A stretch of DNA of 64,000 nucleotides, from contig OY969564.1 in assembly GCA_963701095.1 (NCBI GenBank), forward strand, positions 256,001 through 320,000. Reading direction: 5' to 3'. Shown piece after piece: positions 43,316 through 53,531 of the stretch (position 1 is its first letter; each line of letters opens with the position of its first letter). Made by a program: the position numbers and the translations under genes. The notes beneath the pieces are model-generated. The model saw only the letters and a list, made by a program, of their open reading frames with translations, had not been told where the DNA came from and did no database searches. The DNA is from an uncultured Methanoregulaceae archaeon. GTDB taxonomy: Archaea; Halobacteriota; Methanomicrobia; Methanomicrobiales; Methanospirillaceae.

Positions 43316-44760
43316 TCAATCAGCTCCGCAGTATTGCCGACTTCTTCCCAGAAGATTTTGTTCCAGCTGCCAAGCCCGGTGACCATTATCTTACTTTCCT
43401 TATGGCTCTCTGCGAGCATCCGGATCCCCCGGCATCCCTGTCTGATCATCGCTACATTCCAAGGAGGAATTTCGGATGGGCCGATGGGGAAGGTTTCTTT
43501 TAACTCAACGGGATATGGTCCGAAGGGCGGTTTGAAAAAAAGCACATCGTCATACCCCTCGCGATGCCGGGCATCGCAGACAACCAAGACATTTTCTCCG
43601 AGCCGCAACCGGGCCAACTGGTGCTGGTACCGTAATACCTCAGTACGAGCACAACTTTCTTCACCCCGGTAGAAGAACCGTCGTTTGGAGGCCCGGTCAA
43701 AAGCCTCAAGTTCAGCGTTGGATCCTAATAGCTCCCAGTAGGCAGAGAGGAGTTGCGGGTGATTCCGGCAACGGTCGTCTACCAGCTCCCACAGTGTTCC
43801 ATCAGTAATTGCCTGCCGTATCCGTGCGATCTCTGCAAGAGTCACAGCAAGATTGTGGAGCGCGAGGAGCCGAGTACGGTCATGTGCGGATTTTAATTCC
43901 TCGGCTGTACGGTTGCGGCAGACCGTACAGGCACAGGGAAGATCGGTCAATTCGTCTACCTTAAAACTTCCATGCGAGGTGAGGTACCTGCCATCTTTTG
44001 CATACAGTGCATACGCCGCCGAATCAAAAAGATCACAGCCCATTGCAGCGGCAAGGGCAAACATTGACGGGTGACCGGCACCAAAAAGATGAACGCATGA
44101 AGACCGGGGGATGGTCCGTTTTGCGGCAATTACGACTTCGACGAGCTCCCGGTACCGGTAGGCTTCCATGAGCGGTACAACGGCACCGATGGGACAGAAC
44201 GAGAAACCAAGATCACCTACTTCTTTTCCTGCTTTTTCACGGAGGTCCGGGAAGATGCCTCCCTGTACCGGTCCGGCGAGTGGGGCATCGTTGCCGAAGA
44301 GTTCTTTTGCCTCACGGAGGCGCTCTACGGTGATGGCAAGCTCCCGTTCAGCCGTCAAGCGATCAGCATCCGGTGAAGTCGGAATATCAAGAGGCACCCA
44401 GATATCGCTGCCAATATCTCTCTGGTAAGACAGGGTCTGCTCGTTTGTTATGGAAACTTCGCCGTAGACCGAAAGCTGGAATGATCCTGAATCGGTCATA
44501 ATTAAACCGTCAAAGTCAAGCAGCCGGTGGAGCCCTTCCTGCCTGACCTGCTCACTGTACTGCCCGCTCTGGGAAAAAATGTAGGCATTGGTGATCAGTG
44601 CTTCAACGCCCATAGCCCTGAGTTCTTTCGGGGTTACGAGCATAAGATGGGGGTTGATAACCGGAAGCAGCGCCGGTGTTTTTATGACCTTTTTCCCGGC
44701 ACCTAGTTTTCCGGTTCTTCCTGCAATATCATTATCCAGATTCTCGAATGTTATCGCCAT
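43312..44760 (-). CDS. tgtA: Archaeal tRNA-guanine(15) transglycosylase
   Basis: [27 protein letters not shown] and DLFDSA motifs; Zn site CACTVC...HN. Confidence 0.96.
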   Translation of the reverse strand: MAITFENLDNDIAGRTGKLGAGKKVIKTPALLPVINPHLMLVTPKELRAMGVEALITNAYIFSQSGQYSEQVRQEGLHRLLDFDGLIMTDSGSFQLSVYGEVSITNEQTLSYQRDIGSDIWVPLDIPTSPDADRLTAERELAITVERLREAKELFGNDAPLAGPVQGGIFPDLREKAGKEVGDLGFSFCPIGAVVPLMEAYRYRELVEVVIAAKRTIPRSSCVHLFGAGHPSMFALAAAMGCDLFDSAAYALYAKDGRYLTSHGSFKVDELTDLPCACTVCRNRTAEELKSAHDRTRLLALHNLAVTLAEIARIRQAITDGTLWELVDDRCRNHPQLLSAYWELLGSNAELEAFDRASKRRFFYRGEESCARTEVLRYQHQLARLRLGENVLVVCDARHREGYDDVLFFKPPFGPYPVELKETFPIGPSEIPPWNVAMIRQGCRGIRMLAESHKESKIMVTGLGSWNKIFWEEVGNTAELIE

Positions 44761-44807
44761 GTCCCGGCCAATACTCCTTTCCCTAGATGATTGGCAGTCT
44801 CTTCACG

Positions 44808-45383
44808 TTAAACCGATCCCCCAAATGAGCCGCAAAAGATCTGGCCTTCAAATATAAGGATCTCCACGTCTTTTCGTTTCCAGCAGGAACAGGGTAGTCC
44901 GGCCTTTTCACAGGTGTGGTCCAGGAATGTCTTTGCGTCCCAGTTATACTCAGGCGCCACCTGGGGAAGCAAAAGGCCACTTGTGCCTAAACCACGGGCA
45001 ATAAGACCATGGCGTCCTACTTCAATATGTTTGGGACGTTCATCCGGGTCGCATGCCAGGGGAACAGGAACGGTAAGGACGGTGACTTCAAAATCGAGGT
45101 TTATGAGTTCCTCTTTTTTTACTCCGGGAAAACGGGGATCTTCAAGAGCTGCTGCAACCGCGGCATCTTCGATAGCATTTCCCAGCGGCATAACCGGGTA
45201 AGGAAAGCCGATACATCCCCGGAGCTGGCCGTTTTTAGTCAGGGTTACAAAAACCCCGCGTTTTTCGTCAAAGACCGGAGTCAGGTGAACCATTGGCTTT
45301 GGTTTTTTAGTAATAGTATACTCTATTGCCCCACGGGCAAGCCGGACGGCTAGTATTCCCTCTTCTGGCGTTAGGAGCTGCAT
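44808..45383 (-). CDS. AMMECR1-domain protein
   Basis: GVFVTL...LRGCIG, DPRF and GLLLPQVA motifs. Confidence 0.93.
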   Translation of the reverse strand: MQLLTPEEGILAVRLARGAIEYTITKKPKPMVHLTPVFDEKRGVFVTLTKNGQLRGCIGFPYPVMPLGNAIEDAAVAAALEDPRFPGVKKEELINLDFEVTVLTVPVPLACDPDERPKHIEVGRHGLIARGLGTSGLLLPQVAPEYNWDAKTFLDHTCEKAGLPCSCWKRKDVEILIFEGQIFCGSFGGSV

Positions 45384-45510
45384 GACAGGTACCTCTTTTG
45401 TGACACTTTCTGCAAAGGTCGTTTATGTAGTTATGCCTTTCATGGTTGCTCAACAGGCCTATGTCCGTCCATCGGTTCCATTATTAAGGATCGTCTGCGC
45501 ATATGTTGTC

Positions 45511-45862
45511 GTGAGAGGGAGAGAGCGGCTGACGGTGGCCTCTGAATGGCCGCTGAGGAAAGTCCCCCCACCCACCGGGCACGCAGCCATACGCAAGTAT
45601 GGGTGGCGAGAGTCACGGCAATGGCACAGAAACGACACGGCCTGTTCCCAGTTATGATGCGGCTGAGCCCGCAAGGGCGAGAAGTGCGGATCTTTTCCGC
45701 ATGAGTAACCCGCTGAGCGTTTTTACGGAACAGGATACGATGAAACGGCGAATCCCTGCGGGTGCAAGCCAGAACAGGGTATTGGATCGCTCGGTATCCG
45801 CCCGGGTTTGGCGCAGAGCTGAATGCCGCATGAACAGAAGGAGGCTTACTCCTCCCACTCAC
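45511..45862 (+). ncRNA. rnpB: RNase P RNA (archaeal, type A)
   Basis: GAGGAAAGTCC (CR I) and AACAGAA...GGCTTAC (CR V); P1 pairing of 45511-45521 with 45852-45862; TATA-like TTATTAAG at 45481. Confidence 0.95.
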
Positions 45863-46000
45863 ATTCTTGTTTTGGGGATTTGGTTACATACACATCTTTG
45901 CATAAATATGACGTCTGTACTACAGATAAAGCAGGGAATGTATGGCTGGATTTAAACCAAAATCGACAATACCTTAATTTTTCAAAGAAAATATGCTGTT

Positions 46001-46993
46001 ATGCAGTTAAAACCTCAGAAAATCGCTGCGATTCTCCTGTTTCTGGTAATTGGTATTCTAATACTGATATCATCTGTTTCAGATGCGGAATCCGGACCGT
46101 CTCTTCTGCCAGCATTAAACTCTTCTCCATCAGAAATGCGGGTTGCGGTCTTTGTCAACTCTATCTATAACCTCAATATGGTCCAGGGAACCTACTCTAT
46201 AGATTGTTACCTCACTTTCCGGTGGACCGATCCCAGCATCGAGACCGCCGACTTCGAGTTAATGAATGGTGCACCTTCTTCCAGCCCGGATTCAGTAGAG
46301 AAAATATATGAAAACAAATCCGGTCCGGTAAAAGAGGAATGGTATCGGGTCAGGGCTGATTTCAGGATCACCCCCAATAATGTTGATTACCCCTACGAAT
46401 CCGGGATCCTGCCTATCGAGATCGAAAACACTCATCTAAAAAGTTCGCAACTCATCTTCGTTCCACTTACTGATGAAAGTGGAATAGAACCCGGGTTTGT
46501 CATCCCCGGATGGAAGTTTGGTACTCCAACATTCTCTCTCACCAGGCATTCGTATCCCGGGAACCAGTCTTTTTCTCTGCTCTCGTACAATATCCCGATA
46601 ACAAATGATGCATTGGCTTCGCTTCTCCAGACTGTCGTCCCTCCCCTCATCTTCTGTATCATAGCTAGTCTCTCATTCCTGATCTTGGTAAAAGAACCTG
46701 TTCTGGTCAGCCTGAGGTATACACTTTCAACAACCATGTTTATCTCAGCTGTGATGTACCATTTCGGACAGCTCGCCCTAATCCCGGGTCTCGGGGTTCT
46801 CAAGCTGTTTGACAAATTCATGATAGCCGTGTACCTTTTCCTAGCCCTGACTCTCGCCATTACTACCTTCTGTTATCTCGCCGAGCATCAATGGCATAGA
46901 CCCGAACTGGTGAAACCTATCAACCGTTATGGCGTGGTGGTGTCCATCATCTTTCCCATCATTTCATTCTGGCTTCTTTTTGTTCTGGTGTAA
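46001..46993 (+). CDS. Pentameric ligand-gated ion channel (Pro-loop, GLIC/ELIC-like) homologue
   Basis: Signal peptide; beta-sandwich with YLTFRWTDP, DYPYE (Pro-loop) and IPGW; four TM helices with M1 Pro, M2 starting at Arg, M2-M3 IPGLGVLKLFDKF. Confidence 0.75.
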   Translation: MQLKPQKIAAILLFLVIGILILISSVSDAESGPSLLPALNSSPSEMRVAVFVNSIYNLNMVQGTYSIDCYLTFRWTDPSIETADFELMNGAPSSSPDSVEKIYENKSGPVKEEWYRVRADFRITPNNVDYPYESGILPIEIENTHLKSSQLIFVPLTDESGIEPGFVIPGWKFGTPTFSLTRHSYPGNQSFSLLSYNIPITNDALASLLQTVVPPLIFCIIASLSFLILVKEPVLVSLRYTLSTTMFISAVMYHFGQLALIPGLGVLKLFDKFMIAVYLFLALTLAITTFCYLAEHQWHRPELVKPINRYGVVVSIIFPIISFWLLFVLV

Positions 46994-47221
46994 AATCCAT
47001 TTTAGATCCTGAAGAAAACTGAAATATGAAAGGGATGAACTGGCAGGGAAAATCTCCGCTATCAAACAGGACGTGATGATCATGAGATTGCGGAAATCTA
47101 CGAAACAGAAGTCTGGATCCTAATAAAATTCAACACTGGATTCTTAATTGCAGATGCTTGGCAAATAAATATTTATGAATAATTAATATGTTTCATTCGG
47201 AATCTGAAAAAGATGATCTGA

Positions 47222-47845
47222 ATGAGCACCATCCTCTTGATTGATGATAATATCTATGTCGTTGAAGTTTTTTTAGAGATGCTTCGCCAAGGTGGGTACT
47301 CGGCCTCGGCTGCTTATGGCGGTGAAGAATGCCTGAAGATCCTGAAGAATGAAGTGCCGGATCTCATTCTGCTCGATATTATGATGGAGCCGATGGATGG
47401 ATGGGAGACACTGGAAAAGATCAAAGGGGAAATAACTACGGCTCAAATTCCGGTAATTATGCTTACATCAAAACATGTGACACCAGCTGAAATGGAGAAG
47501 TATGGTAAATACATCGAAGATTACGTCCTTAAACCCGTCACCAACATTCAGCTTTGCAATGTGATTGAGCATGTGTTCCAACGTCAACAATCTATCCAGA
47601 CCTCAGTAGATCGGGCCATGCGACGTGGAGTTCATTTTGGTGTTGCCAAAGAATACGCCATTCTTTCAAGAAGTATCGATATCAACAAGCGATTCTTGAA
47701 TATTTTCAAAACCAGATATATTCTCGATAACTCAAATATAGATACCATTGATAGTATTGGCCGGACTTTGGAAAAATTGGACGCCACTCTCAGGTTTCAG
47801 AAGACCCGCCTCCAGCAGATCGAAGAAGAAATTAAGGTAACATAA
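47222..47845 (+). CDS. Response regulator: receiver domain plus helical C-terminal domain
   Basis: IDDN, LLDIMMEPMDG, MLTSK and LKPV motifs. Confidence 0.88.
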   Translation: MSTILLIDDNIYVVEVFLEMLRQGGYSASAAYGGEECLKILKNEVPDLILLDIMMEPMDGWETLEKIKGEITTAQIPVIMLTSKHVTPAEMEKYGKYIEDYVLKPVTNIQLCNVIEHVFQRQQSIQTSVDRAMRRGVHFGVAKEYAILSRSIDINKRFLNIFKTRYILDNSNIDTIDSIGRTLEKLDATLRFQKTRLQQIEEEIKVT

Positions 47846-47947
47846 CTGGGTTATTGGGAAAAATTCCTTGAAACTATAAGGTCTCTCTTACCCATCTGTC
47901 TTCACCATAACTGACGTCACATTCTCTCTTTCCTTTTCCCGCATCTC

Positions 47948-48626
47948 TCAATAAAGTGCAGAGAACAGAAACATTGCGCAAATCAGATACAGAATATACA
48001 GAATAACCGGAATTCCTACACAAAATGCTGCATTCCGCAAAGTTAATTGACGTGCGTATTTCATGCCGCAAATCCAGCAGACCATGCTCCAAAGAAGAAA
48101 AACAATAGTGACTACCATAGAGATCCGGTAGAACTGGACCATCGCCGGATCGCTCATCAGGGCTTTTGTTGCGTTCAGTACCGGCTTGAGGATCACGGAG
48201 CATATCCTGGGTGATCTTGGGGACTATAACTTGAGGGAGGTACACTAAGGCAAATACCAGGGTAATAAACGAGCCAATGATCCGGGGAATAAATCCGTAC
48301 CCGACTATCTCAAGACTACGCGAAAATTCACCATTGCCTTTGAAAACAATGGAAATGACATAAAATATTCCGGATATAATGGCCCAGGAAACAAAGACAC
48401 CGAAAAAGGCAAAAATAACGGCAATCCCGATAATAACACTTGGTGCAAAACCGGTTGTTCCCAGCATATTTGCTGTCAGAATGCTGGTTAGATAGGCTGA
48501 CGCCGCACCGAAAATGCCGATAACAAGTATAATGAGCGCAGGAGGGACGAGATTTTCTTTCTCCGTCATCAGATTCTTGAAGAATACATTCGGGTGGAAA
48601 AGAAGATCAACGATAGGAGAAATCAT
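47948..48626 (-). CDS. Yip1-domain membrane protein, frameshift near 48190
   Basis: LFHPNVFF and GEFSRSLEIVGYGFIP; C-terminal TM helices in ORF 47948-48196. Confidence 0.7.
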
Positions 48627-48717
48627 AGATTACCTGAACGCTTAGAACTTAAAAAATTTCGGAAGAAAGGGAAATGACAACAATAAACAAAAATGGTCTT
48701 GTCATCAAAAAATAAGA

Positions 48718-50055
48718 TTAGAGATTGACAAGGAAATAGAGTAAAATCAGGGGTATGAAGAAAACTGCCCAAATCGCCTTGTTCCAGTGATAAACATCTT
48801 TCCCATCGCACGGTTTGATGGGAAGCATCTCAAAGACTGCCTGAAGGAGATTTATTGAAAACCCAATAATACCGGCGATCGAAAAAAGTCCGCCAAGGGG
48901 AATAAGCATCAGGCAGGCGCATGCGATGATAATACTCAGCACCGGGCCCGCAAGCATAATCCGGCCCAGGTTTTGTTTTTCCAGCGGTACTTTTTCATGC
49001 ACAAGCGTAAGGGTCGGCTGGCCAAAGACACTCCCGAAAAGCCAGGATGTTAATGCCATGATGATGGTACCCATGCCATAGAACTGGATCTCAGTCGTGC
49101 TCTGGTATTTCCGGTTCATGTACCAGTGTGCCATTTCGTGGGTCATCAGGGCAATACCGCCCATCACGATATAGATAACAATAGCAACAAGGTTCAGGGG
49201 CAGGCGGGCAGCAAAATAAAAGAGGGCTCCTATGACTGTGGCACCAATTGCTATAACGATAAGCTCTCTGTGGGTAAACCCGAGTAGCAACTTACGATCA
49301 TAATTCTCTGAAAACGTCCGCTTTTCTTTCTGTTTGTCTGCAATCCTTCCCTGCGCCACCTGTCCCAAAGAATTTCCGAGAAACACCATCAGCTTCGCTA
49401 ACCATGCAGAAATGACAGTACCAAATGTAGTCATACCAAGAGCTGTCACAGCAATACCAATCGCTGCGGCAGCAACCGGTGCCACTTCATCAGGAATAAT
49501 GCCGGACAGGGGAAGCGCTGCCTTTCTGCAGGTCTGGTTTGGGGGAGGCAGGGAAGAGACTGCTGTTTTTTTGAGGGTATGAGTGACGCTTTGGATAGTG
49601 GTGGTTCGATCCTGTTCAACACTGTAACCGTCTGGAAAAACAATGGTGGCATTGACCATCATGTTCAAGGGATACTGGTATCCCCCGGGAAGGACAGCCT
49701 TTCCCGCATACTTGTTGAGGTTAATAGTGGTTGTTGTAAATGACTTTTTGTCTATCAGAGCAAAATGGGGCATGAGCAGTTCAGCTGCGCCTGGCTCCAC
49801 GCATACGACCTGAATATTATTATTTGAGACATTGATTCCATTCCGGTTCTGCAGGTTTGTGATAAAAGGAGAACTGGCGATAATGAGCCCTTTTGCCCCT
49901 AGGTATTCGGCAGGGTTTACATGATACGTCACGTCCATCACGGCGTTACCCTGTTGATCAACCGTGATATAAAATTGGTTAAGCTCGAGCGCACTGGCAG
50001 CAGATATGATCAGTAAACAGGACAAAACCCATGCCAAAAGGTAACGACAATCCAT
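48718..50055 (-). CDS. M50-like (site-2 protease) membrane metalloprotease with N-terminal extracellular domain
   Basis: HEMAH (HExxH), LAGP and MLPIKPCDG motifs; signal peptide. Confidence 0.75.
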   Translation of the reverse strand: MDCRYLLAWVLSCLLIISAASALELNQFYITVDQQGNAVMDVTYHVNPAEYLGAKGLIIASSPFITNLQNRNGINVSNNNIQVVCVEPGAAELLMPHFALIDKKSFTTTTINLNKYAGKAVLPGGYQYPLNMMVNATIVFPDGYSVEQDRTTTIQSVTHTLKKTAVSSLPPPNQTCRKAALPLSGIIPDEVAPVAAAAIGIAVTALGMTTFGTVISAWLAKLMVFLGNSLGQVAQGRIADKQKEKRTFSENYDRKLLLGFTHRELIVIAIGATVIGALFYFAARLPLNLVAIVIYIVMGGIALMTHEMAHWYMNRKYQSTTEIQFYGMGTIIMALTSWLFGSVFGQPTLTLVHEKVPLEKQNLGRIMLAGPVLSIIIACACLMLIPLGGLFSIAGIIGFSINLLQAVFEMLPIKPCDGKDVYHWNKAIWAVFFIPLILLYFLVNL

Positions 50056-50158
50056 GTATGGGGGTTTTATTGTGACACAATTTTAATTTTATTAAATTAT
50101 ATTTCGGTTGTTGAGATCAGTACAACGATAACATTGACATAAAAGAATGGCTGGCATT

Positions 50159-51224
50159 TTACGTATCATCTGAGATGTTCGGTTGAACGGTGATTTCCCG
50201 AAACAAATGATCAAGTCTTAAAAGTACATTGATCCAGGAAAGCTCATCACTAAATTCAAAGAGCGTAGCCACCATCAGGGTGAAGGGAACCGAGAACAGC
50301 ATCCCGGCAAAGCCGAGCAACCAACCCCAGAATATAACCGAAAGGATAATCACCAATGCCGGTATCTCAAACCGTCGAGCGGCGAGATATGAAAAGACCG
50401 GGTTTTCGACTATAAGGTTAAGGAAACAGACTAAGGCAATCACCGCAACAACTCCCCATATCCCAAACTGGAGCCATGCAAAGAAAATCGCCGGGATTGC
50501 CGAAAGGATGAGGCCAAAGTAAGGGATGTAACAGAGGAAAAACGTTAGAATCCCCCAGAGAAGAGCAGCGTGCACACCCATAATAGCAAGTGCTCCCCCA
50601 AAGAGAACACCGTGGAAAACGTTGGTTTCAGTACGCACAACCATGAAATCGACAACAAAACTGCTCATGCAAGAAAGTTTGCGGAGTTTTTCCGGCTGAT
50701 TGGCAAGCATCGATTTGATCCGCCCAATAATCGGCGGTGCTTCGAGCAGCATAAAACAAGTGGTTACCGCAATAAAAAAGAGATCCATTAAATCACTCCC
50801 GATATTCATCACTGAGGAAATCATGGTCTGGATGCTATCGACCAGATTAAAATTCTGGGAAAACAGATAGACTGGGATTAATACCGTGCATTGAAAAGAA
50901 TGTTGCAACGTCTGCAAGCCGGAGCGTCAGATCGTTGTGGTACTGGGGGAGGTCGATTAAAATGACTTCAAACGATGAAACGGTAAGGTACAGGACAAAG
51001 ACGATAATGATTATTGCTGCAAGTGTTACAACACCGACTGCTACCGGAACGGACAGCCCTTTTTTGCACAGCCATTGTGTTGCAGGATAAAGAAGCAGGG
51101 AAAGAACAAGGGAGACAAGGATGATGGTTATAACCGGCGCTGTCATTCTGACGCCGAATATAATTATAGTAATAAGTGCAAGCCAGAGCAGAATGCGTTC
51201 TGTTGCTGAAGTTGACAAGGTCAT
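50159..51224 (-). CDS. AI-2E family transporter, frameshift near 50860
   Basis: LLYPATQWL, YIPYFG and FWGWLLGFAGMLFSVP motifs. Confidence 0.82.
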
Positions 51225-51288
51225 TAATCTGCTGTTGTCGGCAAATAATACATAGATTTGCCTCGTTCACGGTTCTTGAAAAAGAGAT

Positions 51289-52695
51289 TTAAAATCCCGG
51301 TTGTTCGCTGGCTTCCCACTTTGAAAATCCGAGCCGGGCAAAAAAAGTGGCCGGTACAAAAAGGATTACAGCACCAAGAGCAGTAAAGGGGGACGCGAAC
51401 GCCACAGCCGAAAGGGTGAGGAGTACTATCCCGATAAGGATAAGGTAGGTCACCATTACCTTTACGTTGTACACAAGAACACTGGGAGAAAGACCGGTAA
51501 GCCATATTGTAACCCCGAGACAATAGAACGATACCGAGAGACAGATCACGACCGCAGGGACAAGGTAGATTACCTGTCCGGAGAACGTGGCAACAATGGC
51601 GACAAAAACAGCGGGGATCAACTGGAGGACCGAGAAACTCGCTATTTTGCTTTTTATGAGCGTACGGACACTCACCGGAAGGCAGGCATAGGCACTGAAC
51701 GTATCAAACATGGTAAGCCAGGTGTACATCGTAGATGCGATCACTCCCGTTACCAGTGCAAATTCGAGTAACACGCCATTCGAAGGGAGGTATCCGTTAA
51801 GAAGGGAGAGGAAAAACCAGATTACCACAAGCGGGATGATAAAAGAAAAGAGTGTCTGTCCCACCATGCCACCACTCCTGTACATATCAATCAGATCCTT
51901 TGCAGCGAGAGGCGGCGTGGGAAAAAATGATAGTTTTTTTGTCAATGGTGTCAGCATGTCGGAGTAACGTTTTGTTGCTCCCGATGTTTCCGGGGTAAAA
52001 AGCCAGATCGAAACCGTGAAGAGGAGAACAATTGCCACGCAGGAAAATGCAAGATTCAGCCACGAAAATGCATTAAAGAGTAACAGAGGGGGGAAGAACA
52101 TTGCGGGGTTCTGACCGGTCAAGAATGCCAGAACGCCAGCGGCAATTACGAGAATGCCAAGGATGCCGGCAAGCGCAGTCTTTGAGCGGGAATAAACTGA
52201 TGAGAGGAAAAAAACGGCGCAGAGCCCGAGAAGGAAAGAAAGTGTCAGCGTAAGAGAGAGGAGGAGCGGCAGGGTGATTGGTACACCGATGAAAGGTGAG
52301 GCAACGAGAAAACCTAACGCCAGGGGAAGCACCCAGAGCGCAAAATAGTAAAGTGTGTCTTTGATGACAAAGTTTGCGAAGATAAAACGTCCAGAGAGCG
52401 GCAGGCTACGGGCAGCATAGGCAAGCAAGCTTGCCTGTCCGAACCGGCGGTTCATTACCTCGGATCCGAGAAGCCCGAATGCCCCGACCATAAACCCGAG
52501 CATGAGGTAATTTGCATGGAGGACAAGGGAAAGCTCCCCGGAAGGGAGACTTTTTCGCATCAGCGGGAGAAGGAACGAACCCATGAAGGCTATCCAGAAG
52601 ATAAGGATAGGAAAAAGCGCAAAGGAGAGACTCCCAAACATCGTCGAATGGACCCTCCACTCCTCTTTTACCATCGCAATGAAGAGTTCAAACAT
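51289..52695 (-). CDS. ABC transporter permease
   Basis: Multi-TM protein (KEEWR...AAKDLIDMYRS) coupled to an ABC ATPase. Confidence 0.7.
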   Translation of the reverse strand: MFELFIAMVKEEWRVHSTMFGSLSFALFPILIFWIAFMGSFLLPLMRKSLPSGELSLVLHANYLMLGFMVGAFGLLGSEVMNRRFGQASLLAYAARSLPLSGRFIFANFVIKDTLYYFALWVLPLALGFLVASPFIGVPITLPLLLSLTLTLSFLLGLCAVFFLSSVYSRSKTALAGILGILVIAAGVLAFLTGQNPAMFFPPLLLFNAFSWLNLAFSCVAIVLLFTVSIWLFTPETSGATKRYSDMLTPLTKKLSFFPTPPLAAKDLIDMYRSGGMVGQTLFSFIIPLVVIWFFLSLLNGYLPSNGVLLEFALVTGVIASTMYTWLTMFDTFSAYACLPVSVRTLIKSKIASFSVLQLIPAVFVAIVATFSGQVIYLVPAVVICLSVSFYCLGVTIWLTGLSPSVLVYNVKVMVTYLILIGIVLLTLSAVAFASPFTALGAVILFVPATFFARLGFSKWEASEQPGF

Positions 52696-53415
52696 TCCGG
52701 CTCCTTTGGACAAGGTCAAGGAAGAAATCGTCTAGGTGACAGTTTTCTGCGGTAAGTTCAGTAACTTTCCCAGAATGGAGGACATTTCCTTTGTGGAGGA
52801 TTGCAAAATCCGAACAGATCTCTTCCGCCACCTCAAGGATATGGGTTGAAAGGAAGATCGTATTGCCGGCTTTTACATAGTTCGTGAGATAGTCTTTGAC
52901 CACATGCTGCATGATGGGATCGAAATTGATAAGCGGTTCATCAATAAGAGCGAGCGCCGGTGCATGGATGAACGCCTGGGCAAACATAAGTTTTTGCCGG
53001 GTCCCCCGGGAAGATCTTTGCAGAGGACGTCTTTTTTATCCTTAAAATCAAGAAAATCAAACCACCACGTTGCCCGCTCACTTATATCAGGGATCTTCCG
53101 GATTGCACCCACAAACTGCAGGTACTCGGTCGCGGTGAGAAAACTCGGGGGTGTCTCCTGCTCTGGGATGATCCCGACGCGTTCCCGGACCCCGATAGGG
53201 TTTTGCTGCACATCAATACCAAGGACGGTTGCTCTTCCAGTGTTTGGCCGGATCTGGCCGGTCAGCATCTTGATCATAGTTGATTTACCGGAGCCGTTCG
53301 GGCCCAGAAGGCCAAAAAGCGCCCCTTTCTGGACCGTGAGATTGATATGGTTGACGGCAGTCAGGTCACCGTATATTTTTGTCAGGTCTTGAGCGGAAAT
53401 CACGTGTTCGGTCAT
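52688..53415 (-). CDS. ABC transporter ATP-binding protein, frameshift near 53005
   Basis: GPNGSGKST; IDEP and STH in the second frame. Confidence 0.88.
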
Positions 53416-53531
53416 AGTATTATATTAATTATAGTCTGAACTCCTTTTTTTCCTTGTCGCTCTCCCGCGTAGGGGGGTTTTCCGTTCCAGTTGATGCATG
53501 GCCGGAGACATCCATCGGATTTCCGGAAAAT

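Noticed and set aside
45382..45955. Several ORFs listed over this interval
   Set aside because: They are explained by the GC-rich RNase P RNA gene
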